DNA from: Anthoceros angustus
Lineage: Eukaryota; Plantae; Anthocerotophyta
DNA: 64,000 nt
Direction of reading: 5' to 3'
NCBI GenBank assembly: GCA_010909165.1
Contig: VJWM01000116.1
Span: 868,001-932,000 of the forward strand
How positions within the stretch are numbered: position 1 is the first letter of the stretch; each line of letters starts with the position of its first letter. Below the pieces are notes generated by a model, which saw nothing but the letters and a program-made list of their open reading frames with translations, was not told the DNA's origin and did no database searches. Positions 1 to 12,800 of this stretch are shown here, piece by piece. Both the position numbers and the translations under genes were made by a program.

Positions 1-1230
1 TTTTGACCTTCATCGATGACTACTCTCGTTTTACTCTTATGTATATCCTTAATCATAAGGATGATACTTATCATTTCTTCAAGGATTATATGGCATGTGC
101 GGAGAGATTAACAGATAAGAAACTCAAGACCTTATGTTCCGACAATGGTGGTGAGTTTACATCTAAACAATTTGAGGATTTCTGATGAGCTCAAGGTATA
201 GCTCAACAACTCACTTTTGTATATACTCCTCAACAAAATGGCGTAGCTGAAAATAAGAATATGTGCCTTCAAGAGATCACTGGCTGCTTGTTAACACAAG
301 CTCATTTACCCAAAATATTTTCGGTGGAGGCCCTCCTCACAACCATATATCTTATGAATCGACTACCTACTTCAACAATCCAAGGTATGACACCTTATGA
401 AGCCTTTACTGGCAAGAAGCCCTCTATTGATCATCTCCGCATTTTTGGAACTCCGGCATTTGTCTTTATCCCTAAAGCATTGCGTAAGAAGCTAGATCCA
501 AAGCGGCCAAATATACCTTTATTGGTTATACGGAAGGTATCAAGGGCTATAAATTATTTGATCCTTTCACAAAAAAGCTTCTTTATGCTCACAGTGTCAC
601 TTTTCATGAACATCATTTATTTTCTTCTTCAGTGGGAGATATTCCACATCCTCGTCACACTTCTTCCGATGAGGAGCCTGCCTCTTCTTCTCTTGATGAT
701 AGTGACTATATTACGCACTTCCCTGTTCCTGCTTTACGTGTTCCTTCAGATGACCTATTAGGCATGAGGAGGAGGAGTTAGCACCTATACCATGCTTGAA
801 ATCACCTCCATTGGATACAGAAAAACCTCAATATCTTGAGGATATTCATGATGATCCGCATGAGTTACTTTATGATATACCTGAGTATGCAGTCGAGCCT
901 TATTCTCCCCCTTAGGAGTCAACACCCATTGACGATGTGGAAGATGCACAACCTGCACCAAGGTACAATCTGCGTTCACGACCTACTATTCCAGACCCTG
1001 CAGGATGGAGAGAACCTCCCTTAGGAGGATACCTAGGTGTTTTTGATAATCCTATTCCCCTTGTAACACCTTATTCACAAACTGTATACAAGGGCACAAC
1101 TGATCCAGAAGAACCTCTCACCTTAAACCAAGCTTTCTCATCACCTAAAAAAGACTTATGGAACGTAGTTGTAGATACTGAATATAAATCATTAGTTAAG
1201 AACTCTGCATGGGCATTAGTTAAGCCACCT
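1..1230 (+). mobile_element. Ty1/copia LTR retrotransposon pol fragment (integrase, linker, start of RT), decayed
   Basis: Copia integrase motifs FIDDYSRFT, LCSDNGGEF, YTPQQNGVAE, NRLPTS..TPYE..GKKPSIDHLRIFG and KLDPK, then RT start EEPLTL..W..VVDTEYKSLVKNSAWALVKPP. INT-before-RT order is diagnostic of copia. In-frame stop at 183-185 plus frameshifts. Confidence 0.95.
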
Positions 1231-1386
1231 AGGTGGCACTAGTTAAGCCACCTAGGTGGCACTAGTTAAGCCACCTAGGTGGCACTAGTTAAGCCACCTA
1301 GGTGGCACTAGTTAAGCCACCTAGGTGGCACTGGTTAAGCCACCTAGGTGGCACTGTTAAGCCACCTGGGTGGCACTGGTTGCCAC
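1213..1386. repeat. 23-bp minisatellite (CACTAGTTAAGCCACCTAGGTGG)n, ~7 units
   Basis: Tandem units read directly. Each contains the 14-bp palindrome GCCACCTAGGTGGC. The array starts exactly at the copia RT codons A-L-V-K-P-P. Confidence 0.95.
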
Positions 1387-1460
1387 CGTGGCGCGACTTT
1401 CGATGGTAGGAGGCGTGCAATCAAGTGTCGTTGTAGGAAGAAGTCCGTTCCCAAGGAATG
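1387..1460 (-). mobile_element. Terminal ~70 bp of the gypsy LTR fused to a second copy of the copia segment
   Basis: (C/T)GTGGCGCGACTTTC..GTCGTTGTAGGAAGAAGTCCGTTCCCAAGGAATGAT matches the LTR termini at 2631 and 15589, then jumps via TGAT microhomology to copia position ~183. Confidence 0.85.
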
Positions 1461-2475
1461 ATGAGCTCAAGGTATAGCTCAACAACTCACTTTTGTATAT
1501 ACTCCTCAACAAAATGGCGTAGCTGAAAATAAGAATATGTGCCTTCAAGAGATCACTGGCTGCTTGTTAACACAAGCTCATTTACCCAAAATATTTTGGT
1601 GGAGGCCCTCCTCACAACCATATATCTTATGAATCGACTACCTACTTCAACAATCCAAGGTATGACACCTTATGAAGCCTTCTTGGCAAGAAGCCCTCTA
1701 TTGATCATCTCGCATTTTTGGAACTCCGTCTTTATCCCTAAAGCATTGCGTAAGAAGCTAGATCCAAAGCGGCCAAATATACCTTTATTGGTTATACGGA
1801 AGGTATCAAGGGCTATAAATTATTTGATCCTTTCACAAAAAAGCTTCTTTATGCTCACAGTGTCACTTTTCATGAACATCATTTATTTTCTTCTTCAGTG
1901 GGAGATATTCCACATCCTCGTCACACTTCTTCCGATGAGGAGCCTGCCTCTTCTTCTCTTGATGATAGTGACTATATTACGCACTTCCACATTCTTTACG
2001 TGTTCCTTGGGATGACCTATTAGGCATGAGGAGGAGTTAGCACCTATACCATGCTTGAAATCACCTCCATTGGATACGGAAAAACCTCAATATCTTGAGG
2101 ATATTCATGATGATCCGCGAGTTACTTTATGATATACACGAGTATGCGATGAGCCTTATTCTCCCTTAGGAGTCAACACCCATTGACGATGTGGAAGATG
2201 CACAACTGCACCAAGGTACAATCTGCGTTCACGACCTACTATTCCGGACCTGCGGGATGGAGAACCTCCCTTAGGAGGATACCTAGGTGTTTTTGATAAT
2301 CCTATTCCCTTGTAACACCTTATTCACCGGTATACAAGGGCACAACCGATCCGGAAAGAACCTCTCACCTTAAACCAAGCTTTCTCATCACCTAAAAAGA
2401 CTTATGGAACGTAGTTGTAGATACTGAATATAAATCATTAGTTAAGAACTCTGCATGGGCATTAGTTAAGCCACC
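1459..2475 (+). repeat. Second, indel-rich copy of copia segment 183-1230
   Basis: Near-identical to 183-1230 but with many 1-bp deletions and CAG>CGG / CTG>CCG changes. Probably an assembly duplication. Confidence 0.9.
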
Positions 2476-2630
2476 TAGGTGGCACTGGTTAAACCACCTA
2501 GGTGGCACTGGTTGCCACCTGGGTGGCACTAGTTAAACCACCTGGGTGGCACTGGTTAAGCCACCTGGGTGGCACTGGTTACCACCTGGGTGGCACTGTT
2601 AAGCCACCTAGGTGGCACTAGTTAAACCAG
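2458..2630. repeat. 23-bp minisatellite, second (noisy) copy, left flank of the gypsy element
   Basis: Same unit as 1213-1386 with errors. Confidence 0.9.
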
Positions 2631-3196
2631 CGTGGCGCGACTTTCGGTGATGGCCCGGCGGTAGCGCCACAATCCCGTGTCGTTGTAGGAAGAAGTCCGT
2701 TCCCAAGGGAATGATAGGCTCCGTTTACGCGTTTGGTGATTCCTACCGCAGCGCTCGTTCGGCCTCAACACACACATACTCCTAACTACTCTAGCGTTCA
2801 CCGTCAGGCCGGTATGGCCAAGCGTTTGAGACCCGTTCGCGTCCGTATCGTTCACATCCGTCCTCACACATCGGTCCTTTCCTCTCTCCCCTCACGCTAC
2901 ACTCCTCGGTCTTAGAAAAGGCGGGTTACAGTCGGACCTCCTCCGTCGTTCGCGGGCCTCTCGTCCGGGCTCTGCCGCCCTCCGGAGTTCCTCCGGCTCA
3001 CACGTTCGATCCGTTCGGTCTTGGGCGCGGCTCGGGGCGAGATCACCGATCACCCTTCCACACGCACACACCACGTTGGGTCGTCACGGGACCTTGATCA
3101 ATCTCCCGGGTATCGTGCACCTTTCGGTGACTCGGGACTCACGTTAGCAAGAAGACACACAAAGGTGCAGAGCGGCATCAACACCAAGAAAGATGA

Positions 3197-3224
3197 TTTA
3201 TTGGGCGGCCTTGGCCCTCTTATA
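3197..3224 (-). promoter_or_regulatory. Candidate LTR TATA box (TATAAGA, 3224-3218) and poly(A) signal (AATAAA, 3202-3197), marking the U3/R boundary
   Basis: One of very few AT-rich spots in a GC-rich LTR, in the expected order on -. Conserved in the other LTR (16166-16160 and 16147-16142). Confidence 0.55.
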
Positions 3225-3307
3225 CTACGCCAAGGTCGGCGCCTTTATTACACCTCTATTACGGTGAGGCCATTTCGGGGTACCTAACCGCCTACTACCT
3301 GTTCACC

Positions 3308-6300
3308 TATCGCCGTCGGTGGTGGGATAGCCTCATTCCTTCTTGGCACGGCCCAAAGAGCCATTTTGCGCGCAATCGGATGATCCGGTAGACCCTTCCT
3401 CTTCAGGGTGCAGCCATGCGCCCGTGGCGGCAGCAGCTCACCACCAAGTCCTCCTCGTCCTCCCTCTTCTCTCTCGGGGCCCCTGCGATGGGCCCTCAAG
3501 TTGGATCTGGGGTTGGTGGGTGGCTCTCCCCACTCCCGAGTTTGGACCTCGGGACCTGTCTCGACTCGGTCCGGACCTCTAGGTCGGTCTTCCCCTCAGT
3601 CCGGTCTCCACGGCCTTCTTTGAGTCCGGTCCTCGGGGCCGGGCCTCAGGTCGGTCTTGGACCCAACCCTTCCACAGGGTCGGACCTCGGGGCCGGACTC
3701 GTCACTGAGTCTGGATCCCTAAGTCGGACTTCCTTGAGGGGCGGACCTCGGGATCGGCCTCGAGTCAGGACAAAGTCCGGACCTCGACTCTGGGCATGCC
3801 TCCTCGGGGGCACAGGTTCATCCAGGCCCTCCCTTGGTTCCCGAATGCCCGGTTGCCCCTTTCCCTTCAAGATCCTCCCTCGTCCTTCCATGCGAGGGGT
3901 CAGCTTACCTCGGTGTGGCGCCTTCCTCCTCCGGTTCCTCCGGCGTTTTCCTTCTCGCCCTGCTGCCGTCGTCAAGCAGGCGCTCCTAGGACTCCAGCGG
4001 TTGTCTTGTCCCGGGTCCGTCCTCCCTCGCTCCTCCTTCCATCCCTTGAGTCCACCTCCTGGGGTGGCGCGGGACCTCAGAGCCTTGAGGAGCTCTGCGT
4101 GGTAGTAAGTCGGACTTCTTGAATCGCCTCCTCCATGAGCCGGGCACGGTACTCCCTCCTCCAAGGTGCTCCGTGGCAGGCGGATCGCCCTTTTCTTGGC
4201 TGTCTCCGTGGCCAAGCTCACGGTATGGCGGGCGGACTCCCTTGAGGCCGTCAAGGCTGCCTCGTTACCTCTTGCAACCTTGGCTGCTCGGCGTTCTCCT
4301 CCTCCGTTGTTGCTTGACTCGCCATTTTGCGGGCCATGGTGAGCTCCACTTCACCTGGCCGGACGAGCAGCTGTACCTTTCCTCGGTGCCTTCCTCCCTT
4401 CTTCTATTCTTTCCGGAGGTCCTCCACTTCCTTCTCCAGGCGGGCGGTATCCCGTCAGGCTCACGGCTTCCGCCACGTCCTGCTGCAACCTTGCGGCGTC
4501 GAACTCCTTGCGCCCTTTGTTCTCCTCCGTCTTCAAGCGGGCTGGGCGTTCACCTCTCGCTCGAAGTCTTGGATTCTCTCGTTGAGAACCCCTGCTCCGT
4601 GCATCTTGGGTTGCAACTCCAAGGTGTCCTTGTTGTCCTCCGGCTCACGCCTCGCCCTTCCTCCTGGTGCACCACAGGGTCCCCAATCTCCCGGGTCTTG
4701 GCCTCAGCGCCTCCTCACGGCTCGGCCCGTGCTTGCTCCTTGACCACTTGCTCGGCCCAGTTGGCGCGGCTCTCTCGGCCGCCTCTCTCCACGGTTCGAT
4801 CACGCCGATAGTGATCGCGATCGGCCGCCGTGGCCTCCGCCTCCTTGGCCACCTTCACAGCCTCTCGGCTTGGCTCTGGTCGGTCAGCTGCCTCCGCGAG
4901 ATCCGCGCCCGTTCCTTGCGCCGGGCGTCCTCGCTTCTGCTGCGCTCGCCCCTCACTGCGAGGTCCTCCCGCGCTTGGGCCTCCTTGGCTGCCGGTATTC
5001 CTCGGTGAAGGAATTTGGTCCGGTCCTTGCGGATGGACCAAACCTCCCTCTCCGCCTCCGGCGTTTTCCTTCCTCAATCCGAGCTTGCCTTCCTTCTCGC
5101 CTCTGGGCTCCCTCAGCTGCTCACGGAGGAGCACCATGCGCCTCGGGTGGCTTCCACCTCACAGGCCTTCTCGGCCATCCCGCCTTGAGACCCAGGCATA
5201 CCGTCCATGGCGGTAGCAGGACCGTGTTTCCTCCACGGCGCTGGTGAGGCTCCCACAAAGTCCGTGGGGGGCATCGGCATGATCGTCAGGACCTCCACCG
5301 CGATCGGGCAAGTCGGGGGGGTTCTCGGACAATCGGGACCCTTAGGTCACGAGTCTGACTCGAGCTTCCCCTCCTTGGCCCTTTTGGCGCGAGCTCCTTC
5401 TCCCTTTTCTCACAGGGCTCGGCGGAGGTGATGGAGTCGGGAGCACGCCCTTTGCCCCTTCACAGCCGGACCCGGCTCTGGATCTGCTGCGGTGTCCTCC
5501 GCTCACAGGCGGCGTCCTCGCTTCCTCCTTCGCTTCCTCGCTTCTTGCCACTCAGTGGCGGGGAAGAATCTTGGCCGGCCCAGGGGTCGCGTTGGTAGCC
5601 GTGGTCTTGCGTCTCTTGGCTCTCTCACAGTCGGGGCTCCTCGGTAGGAGTGATGGCCGGTGGCGCTGGGGCAGTGCTTCTGGGTGGTGCTGGTTGGGGC
5701 ACGGAAGGAGGAGGCGGGTGCTTCCCATACTTCCACAGGTGGTGAGGGGTCCGTTCAGGTATGGAGTCCGGAATCCTCGATCGTCCTCCTCCAGTCCGTT
5801 TGGTTTTCGTGGCCTCCTCCCTCGGCGCCCTTGCCGCTCCACTTGGAGGCCTCGGTCCTTTCGGGCGCTCGCTCAAGCTCTCCTTCCTTGAGGAGTTGAA
5901 ATGCCCCCATACATGGATCGGTATGGGGCGGCCCAGATAAGGCTTCTCGCTCACAGGCTTGCGAGCCTCACAGCTAAGCCGGATAATCCTTCCCAGTCGC
6001 CCTCTTCCCCCAGCGCGTGCGGGAACACCAATAGATTATCACCAAGGTGATCCACCTTGGTAGTAGGTTCGATGGGCGATGATCGACGCCCACGACTCAT
6101 TGTCAGCGGTCGGATATCGACCAACCGTTGGTGGTGTCGTTCGTCGAGCCTTAGCATCTGGCTGGACCTATCTTCCCCGCCGCCTTGAGGGGCTCGGCAC
6201 CCTCCCCTCTTCCTCCTTGGGCGGTTGTAGGCGCCTTGGGACCTCAAGGTCCATCGCCTTGGGTCCTCGGAGGTTCTTGGACCGCACCTCCTTGTTGACC

Positions 6301-7700
6301 GCCGCCAAGATCTTCCGGGCAAACTCCGGACGTGTGGCCATCAAATGTCGGACCATTTGGAACACATCCAAATGCCACTCCTGCACCAATTCTCCGCTTC
6401 CTGGGCGAGCCCAAAGTCCGGATAGCGCGGGTCACAATGTTGCGCTCCACAAGGTTCCATGGCTCCCAAACTTCCGGGCTTTTGGGTGCCATCGCCTTCT
6501 TCTCCCTTGGTTGCATGCCGCTTGTCGAGGCTGGCAGCGTTGAGCCTCCCGCGCGTTCGCTTCTCGACCTCAGCGGTGAGCGCGCGAGCGTCCGAGTGTC
6601 CACGAGATACCGCCAGAGCCGATCATGGAGCGCAAGAGATCGCGAGGGTGTCTCGAGGCGCGGAGGACCTTCTTCCGCGACCACGCCGAATGTGCCAGGC
6701 GGGGCGCCTCTTCCTGTCCGTAGCGCCAGTGCAACACTGCGGCGCTGCAGCTACCGCGTGCCTACGGCCTTACTCGCGCTACGCCACGCTGCACTGGCCT
6801 TACTCACAGCCCGCTGGGCGTGAATACCGCTATAACGGCCTCGCAAGGTTACGGTCTGACCTGCATGCCGTCCTCCACTCGAGTGTCCGTGGCGTCGCCC
6901 GGTCGTCCTTCGCTCCAACTTCTAAGTTACTTCCACAGGTGGTGAGGGGTCCGTTCAGGCGTATGGAGTCAGGAATCCTCGGTCGTCCTCCTCCAGTCCG
7001 TTTGGTTTTCGGTGGCCTCCTCCCCTCGGCGCCCTTGCCGCTCCACTTGGAGGCCTCCGGTCCTTTTCGGGCGCTCGCTCAAGCTCTCCTTCCTTGAGGA
7101 GTTGAAATGCCCCCCATGGATCGGTATGGGGCGGCCCAGATGGCGAGGCTTCGCTCCACAGGCTTGCGAGCCTCACAGCTAAATAATCCTTCCCAGTCCG
7201 CCCTCTTCCCCCTGCAGCGTGCGGGAACACTAATAGATTATCACCAAGGTGATCCACCTTGGTAGTAGGTTCGATGGGCGATGATCCGGGCCGCCACGAC
7301 TTTGTCAGCAGGTCGGATATCGACCAACCGTTGGTGGTCCGTTGCGTCGAGCCTTAGCGTGGCTGGCAGCCTGGACCTATCTTCCCCGCCTTGAGGGGCT
7401 CGGCACCCTCCCCTCTTCCTCCTTGGGGCGGTTGTAGGCGCCGGGACCTCAAGGTCCATCGCCTTGGGTCCTCGGAGGTTCTTGGACCGCACCTCCTTGT
7501 TGACCGCCGCCCGGCATCTTCCGGGCAAACTCCGGACGGTGTACCGTCAAATGTCCGGACCATTTGGAACACGTCCAAATGCCACTCCTGCACCAATTCT
7601 CCGCTTCCTGGGCGAGCCCAAAGTCCGGATAGCGCGGGTCACAATGTTGCGCTCCACAAGGTTCCATGGCTCCCAAACTTCGCGGGCTTTTGGGTGCCAT
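3308..7700 (-). CDS. LTR-encoded (U3) protein of unknown function, ~1,000 aa when reconstructed, frameshifted in this assembly (3' LTR copy)
   Basis: Protein-like segments chain across frames: MAPKSPEVWEPWNLVERNIVTRAIRTLGSP-ELVQEWHLDVFQMVRHLMATRPEFARKILAAVNKEVRSKN; KVDHLGDNLLVFPH; AFQLLKEGELERA; EAVKVAKEAEATAADRDHYR; ERIQDFEREV; ARLEKEVEDLRK (coiled-coil-like). Confidence 0.6.
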
Positions 7701-8285
7701 CGCCTTCTCCCTTGGTTCTGCCGCTTGTCGAGGCTGGCAGCGTTGAGCCTCCGCGTTCGCTTCTCACCTCAGCGGTGAGCGCAGGCGTCAGTGTCCACGA
7801 GATACCGCGGGCGGGGCGGGGCGCGAGATCGCGAGAATTGTCTCGGTGCTGTGGCGGACCTTCTTCGCGACCACGCCGGAGTAACAGGCGAGGCGCCTCT
7901 TCCTGTCCGTGGCCGAGTGATGGCGGGGCTTCGCCCCGAGCTTGGCCTTCCTTCTCGCGCGGCCCAGGCGTGAATACTGCTATAACGGCCTCGCAAGGTT
8001 ACGGTCTGACCCATGCCGTCCTCCACTCGGGGTCGTCCACGTGGCGTCGCCGTCAGTCCCGGCTCCAACTTCTAAGTTACTTTCCTGGCGTACTTATCTG
8101 CGGTCACAGGTGGGTCGGACTTACCGTCGCACCGCCATCGTAGGTCTCGTTCCTCACTCGGTCGGAGTATACTCAGTGCCGTCCGAGTGCTAGCATGCTT
8201 ATTTCCTCCTTTTCGCCTCATTTTATCCTTCGCTCCAAAAACAAAACCTACCTAATTTCTAACCCCGAGAAGTCCGTAGTCCACA

Positions 8286-8297
8286 TACTCCCTTCTC
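8286..8297 (-). other. Polypurine tract (GAGAAGGGAGTA)
   Basis: Purine run directly before the TG of the 3' LTR on -. Confidence 0.85.
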
Positions 8298-8309
8298 ACT
8301 GTTGGCGTC

Positions 8310-11300
8310 TCGCCAACACTAAGCGTGTACTTTTCACCATCCGTTCACCAGTGGGCGGTTCACCATCCAAGCGCGGTGAGCGGACCCATTGGGGTATACC
8401 TGCGACTTGGTAAGGCCCCATCCATCGTAGGTGGAGTTTACAGGAAGTGCATATGTCGGTCATCGTAAAGGAGGCGGATCTCCCTCCTTCACATACTCCT
8501 GATTCCTAAGGCGCCTATCATGCCACAGCTTGCGTTGATTACATACGATTGCATTATTTGTTGCGCCTCTTCCGGTCCTCCGTATCTTTGTACAAACCCT
8601 AGCAACGCTCCGGTTGGCTCTCTTCATCCGTTAAGCGCCTTTCCATCATGACCGGGTGTTGGCACCTCAAACTCGGCCGGCATAACGGGTGAGTGCCCAT
8701 AGGTCGAATAATCTGGAGTTCGTTGCGTGGTTACCTTCTGCCGTTACGAGCGCCCATAGCCGATGGCGGCTTTGTATCGATCGTGCGCATAGTTAACCGT
8801 CGGCTTATTGAGGATCGGCGAGATAAGTCCATTGGTCTTCTCGTCGGTCGTTGGCCTTGGATTGTAGGGGCGTTTCGATGTGTGATGCGAAATAGTCCGT
8901 CATTGCGTTATCACATCATTGAGGAAATGGGTTCCCCTATCGCTTACCGGTACAGCGGACACCCATACCTTGTGATGATGTTTTCGTAGGAATTTGGCCA
9001 CCGTGCTCATGATCCGTTAGTAGCGGCCGCTTCAACCCACAGTGCGATGGTCGTTGCCACCAAGATGTACCGCTTGTGTGCACGGTGGTTGGGCGTATGG
9101 GTCCAGCGAAGTCGATGCCCCATTTCTCAAAAGGCGCTAGTGCTAGTATGGGCACTAACGGCCATTGAGTTGTGGCGTCGGCTTCCCGATCGGCAAGCAT
9201 CACACTTCTTCACAATTGGTGTGTTTCCCCATACATGGTGGGCCACGATTACCCGACCTCAAGATTTTCTTGGTGGTGACTGCTTGCATAATGTCCACCA
9301 CCTAGTCCTTGTGCATCCCTTTATTACCACCTCCGTTTTACTTTGTTGGAGTACCTTCGTTCCACACCGTCGGTCCTACCTTAAAGATGCACGTTATACT
9401 GATAGGAAAGGCGGCGTAGTGCACAAAGGCTGCTGGACCCGGTTCGATTCGTTGGGTAGCTCCATCTCCCATAGGTACCGTTCCAACTCCGTAAGAGGGC
9501 CGCCCTGCGTCCGCTCCCTTCTCCGCCGTGGGTCCCATGTCCACGGCTTGCGTTGATTACATACGATTGCATTATTTGTTGCGCCTCTTCCGGTCCTCCG
9601 TATCTTTGTACAAACCCTAGCAACGCTCCGGTTGGCTCTCTTCATCCGTTAAGCGCCTTTCCATCATGACCCGGGTGTTGGCACCTCAAACTCGACCGGC
9701 ATAACGGGTGAGTGCCCATAGGTCGAATGTCTGGAGTTCGTTGCGTGGTTACCTTCTGCCGTTACGAGCGCCCGCCGCGATGGCGGCTTTGTATCGATCG
9801 TGCGCATAGTTAACCGTCGAAAAGGATCGGCGATAAGTCCATTGGTCTTCTCATCCGTTGGCCTTGGATTGTAGGGGCGTTTCGATGTGTGATGCGAAAT
9901 AGTCCGTCATTGCGTTATCACATCATTGAGGAAATGGGTTCCCCTATCGCTTACCGGTACCAGCGGACACCCATACCTTGTGATGATGTTTAGAGGAATT
10001 TGGCCACCGTGCTCGCAGAGTCCGCTCGTAGCGACCGCCCAACCCACCCACAGTGCGATGGTCGTTGCCACCAAGATGTACCGCTTGTGTGCACGGTGGG
10101 TTGGTATGGGTCCAAGTCGATGCCCCATTTCTCAAAAGGCGCTAGTGCTAGTATGGGCACTAACGGCCATTGAGTTGTGGCGTCGGCTTCCGATCCGACA
10201 AGCATCACACTTCTTCATTGGTGTGTTTCCCCATACATGGTGGGCCACGATTACCCGACCTCAAGATTTTCTTGGTGGTGACTGCTGTTGCATAATGTCC
10301 ACCACCTAGTCCTTCGTGCATCCCTTTATTACCACCTCCGTTTTACTTTGTTGGGTACCTTCGTTCCACACCGTCTGGTCCTGCACCTTAGATGAGGCGG
10401 AGGCGTAGTGCACAAAGGCCTGCCGCTGAACCCGGTTCAGTTCGTTGGGTAGCTCCATCTCCCATAGGTACCGTTCCAACTCCGCGTAAGAGGGCCGCCC
10501 CCTGCGTCCGCTCCCCTTCTCCGCTTCTGCCGTGGGTCCGCTGTTCACCAGCTTCGGGTTTGTCCGGCTGTGCTCCTCTACCTCCTCCTCTATCGCTGCC
10601 ACCAATTCCTCATCCGGGAAGGCGTCCTCTTGATCCTGCAGGACAGGCTCCGTTTTAATCTGGATAAGAAGTCAGCGTTCTGGTGTTGCCGTCCTTGCCT
10701 AGTCTCCACCTCAAATGTGAACTCCACAGGCAGAATCCACCTGCAATTCGTCCAGGACAAGTGCCTTGTTCACCAAATGCTTGGCGGTGATCAACATAGA
10801 ACACAAACTCATTGGCGGAAGGTAGTGTGAATTTCTTAGCGTATACCATTCCAATGCCTCTCGCTCCGTAGTAGTGTACCTCCGTTCGCGTCGTGTTGTC
10901 TTCCGTAGTAGATTGGGTGATCCCTCCGTTTATCATCTTTTGGCACTACCGATGGCGGTGACATCCACGTACACATGGAATCGCTTCCAGTCCGGTCCTT
11001 TGAGTCTTGGGGCCGGCAGTGGTGCAGGTCTCGAATCGCCTCCCTTTGGCGTCCGGTCCTTTGAGTCTTGGGGCGGCAGTGGTGCAGGTCTCGAATGCCG
11101 CCTCCCTTTCTGCGTCGGTCCATTCCTCCTCCTTCTGAGTAGCTCAGTTGGCACAGGCCCGCTTTGCAAAATCTTGTAGCGCCTATAGTAACCTACCATG
11201 CCCGGAATCCCGTAACTCCTTCAAGTTCGTTGGTGGCTGCAGGGACTGGATGACTTTCACCTTGTCTTGGTCCACCTCTATCCCTCTTACCGACACTCGG

Positions 11301-12800
11301 TGCCCCAACAAGATTCCCTCTGTCATGCCGAAGTAGCATTTCTCGGGATGCGAGCAGTTGAGTCTCCTACATCGTTCCAAACACTTAAATGTCACGTGTT
11401 TGTCCTCCTCTCGTGCACAAGTCGTCCAAGAACACCTCCATGAAGTCCCTCGGGAATTCCGGAAGACATTGGTCACCATCCGCATAAATGATCCGGGTGC
11501 TCTGTCATCCGAAGGCACTCCGTTTGTAGGCAAGCGTCCCCACTCCGTGGTGAATGTTGTCTTATCGGTCAGGCTCCCTTAGGTATGGGTTGTGGCCGGA
11601 GTAGCCGTCGAAGGAGTAGGTACTCGCACCACCTTGTCGATATGTTCCACAAAGGGCATGGGAAATGGTCCTTTTCGTGGCGGCGTTAAGCTTTCTCCGA
11701 TCTGGCGGACCGAATCGCCCTGCTTCTTGACACGACCACAATGGGCGCCACCCACTCCTTTGTTCGATTGGGAAGATGATGTCGCTTCCGGATACTTATC
11801 CGGGACTTCCTTGACCTTGGCGAGTGCTTGGGATTGATTTATCTTGCCTAATCCGAGCACCGCTCACGGCTTCAGATCTATCCGGTGTTAGCCTTTGTTT
11901 GAATGCCTTTCATATCCGTGACCTTGAAAGCAAACACCCTGAATTCCCCAACAAGCGTGAGGTCTCGTTTAACCCTCGGCATGCCCTTGCGAATTTGAGG
12001 AATTTCCACAGGCGAACCTCCACGTCTTCCACATCGTCGGGTTGAGTCTCCCTTTCCCTTGCCGCTCGTCCAGCCGTCGTCCTCCATCAGGTTCATCTTC
12101 ACGCATTCCCCACTCCGAAGAGCTCGTCAAGTGAAACGGGTTACTTCTCGGTTCTACTTCCGTCCTCTGGACCCTCCTCTTGATTGCCTTCCCGGCTCTT
12201 GTTCGCGAGTCCACCCTAAAACAATCGATGACCTCCTCGTCACCTCGCTCCAAAGGCGTCCCTCCATAATCCATCTCCTCCTCGACCCCGTGATTTTGGG
12301 AAAGGGTAGTCCTCATTCGTATCCTCGCGTTCATCGTCCCCTTGTCTTGACGGAGGTGTACCCTACGTGGTCTTGTGGTTTCTCCGATCGTGTCCTTACT
12401 CCGGTGTCGCTACGTCCTTCCCTCACCTTGGATCCCAGTCCGGCTTGAAGTGTATCTCCTTCCGTCCAAGTGTAGTTTTGTCAGCGAGGCCCGGCCAAGG
12501 CCGCTAGCGGACCTCATAGAGGTCGGGTCGATGCGACAAAATCTAATGTATAGGGGCTCCGCTATGGTGGCTTGGACTCGGACAACTCCCTGCTGGCGCT
12601 CGCGCGACATGTCGCCATCCACGGGGTTTTGGTGGATGGCTCGAAGGTGGTGAACCCGGCCGTCTTGCGGTGGCCTCGGTGATGAGGTTCACTCGACCCG
12701 TGTCTAGAGCACGTTTTAATTACACACCCGCAATTTCCACCAGCGTCCGTATGAGATCGACCCTTACCTCCACGTTCTTGCCCTTGGGACCAAGGGTTCC
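8310..12800 (-). pseudogene. pol: Gypsy pol (protease, RT, RNase H, integrase), fragmented by indels; integrase region duplicated (~8525-9540 / 9545-10530)
   Basis: RT: KGPFPMPFVEH, APGSFMRMVTNVF, EKCYFGMTEGILLGHRVS..GIEVDQDKVKVI..PPTNLKELR. RH: PDWKRFHVYVDV, DHPIYYG, ANEFVFYVDH. INT: PFEKWGIDFAGPI, RYILVAT, IITRYGCPLV.VSDRGTHFLNDVI, and a GPY motif near 8420. Confidence 0.93.

Larger units (their letters stand above)
2631..8285 (-). repeat. 3' LTR (~5.65 kb as assembled; ~4.4 kb without the internal ~1.2-kb duplication 5729-6928/6929-8090)
   Basis: Collinear with 15589-21586 from GTGGCGCGACTTTC to GAAGTCCGTAGTCCACA. PPT lies directly adjacent. Confidence 0.9.
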
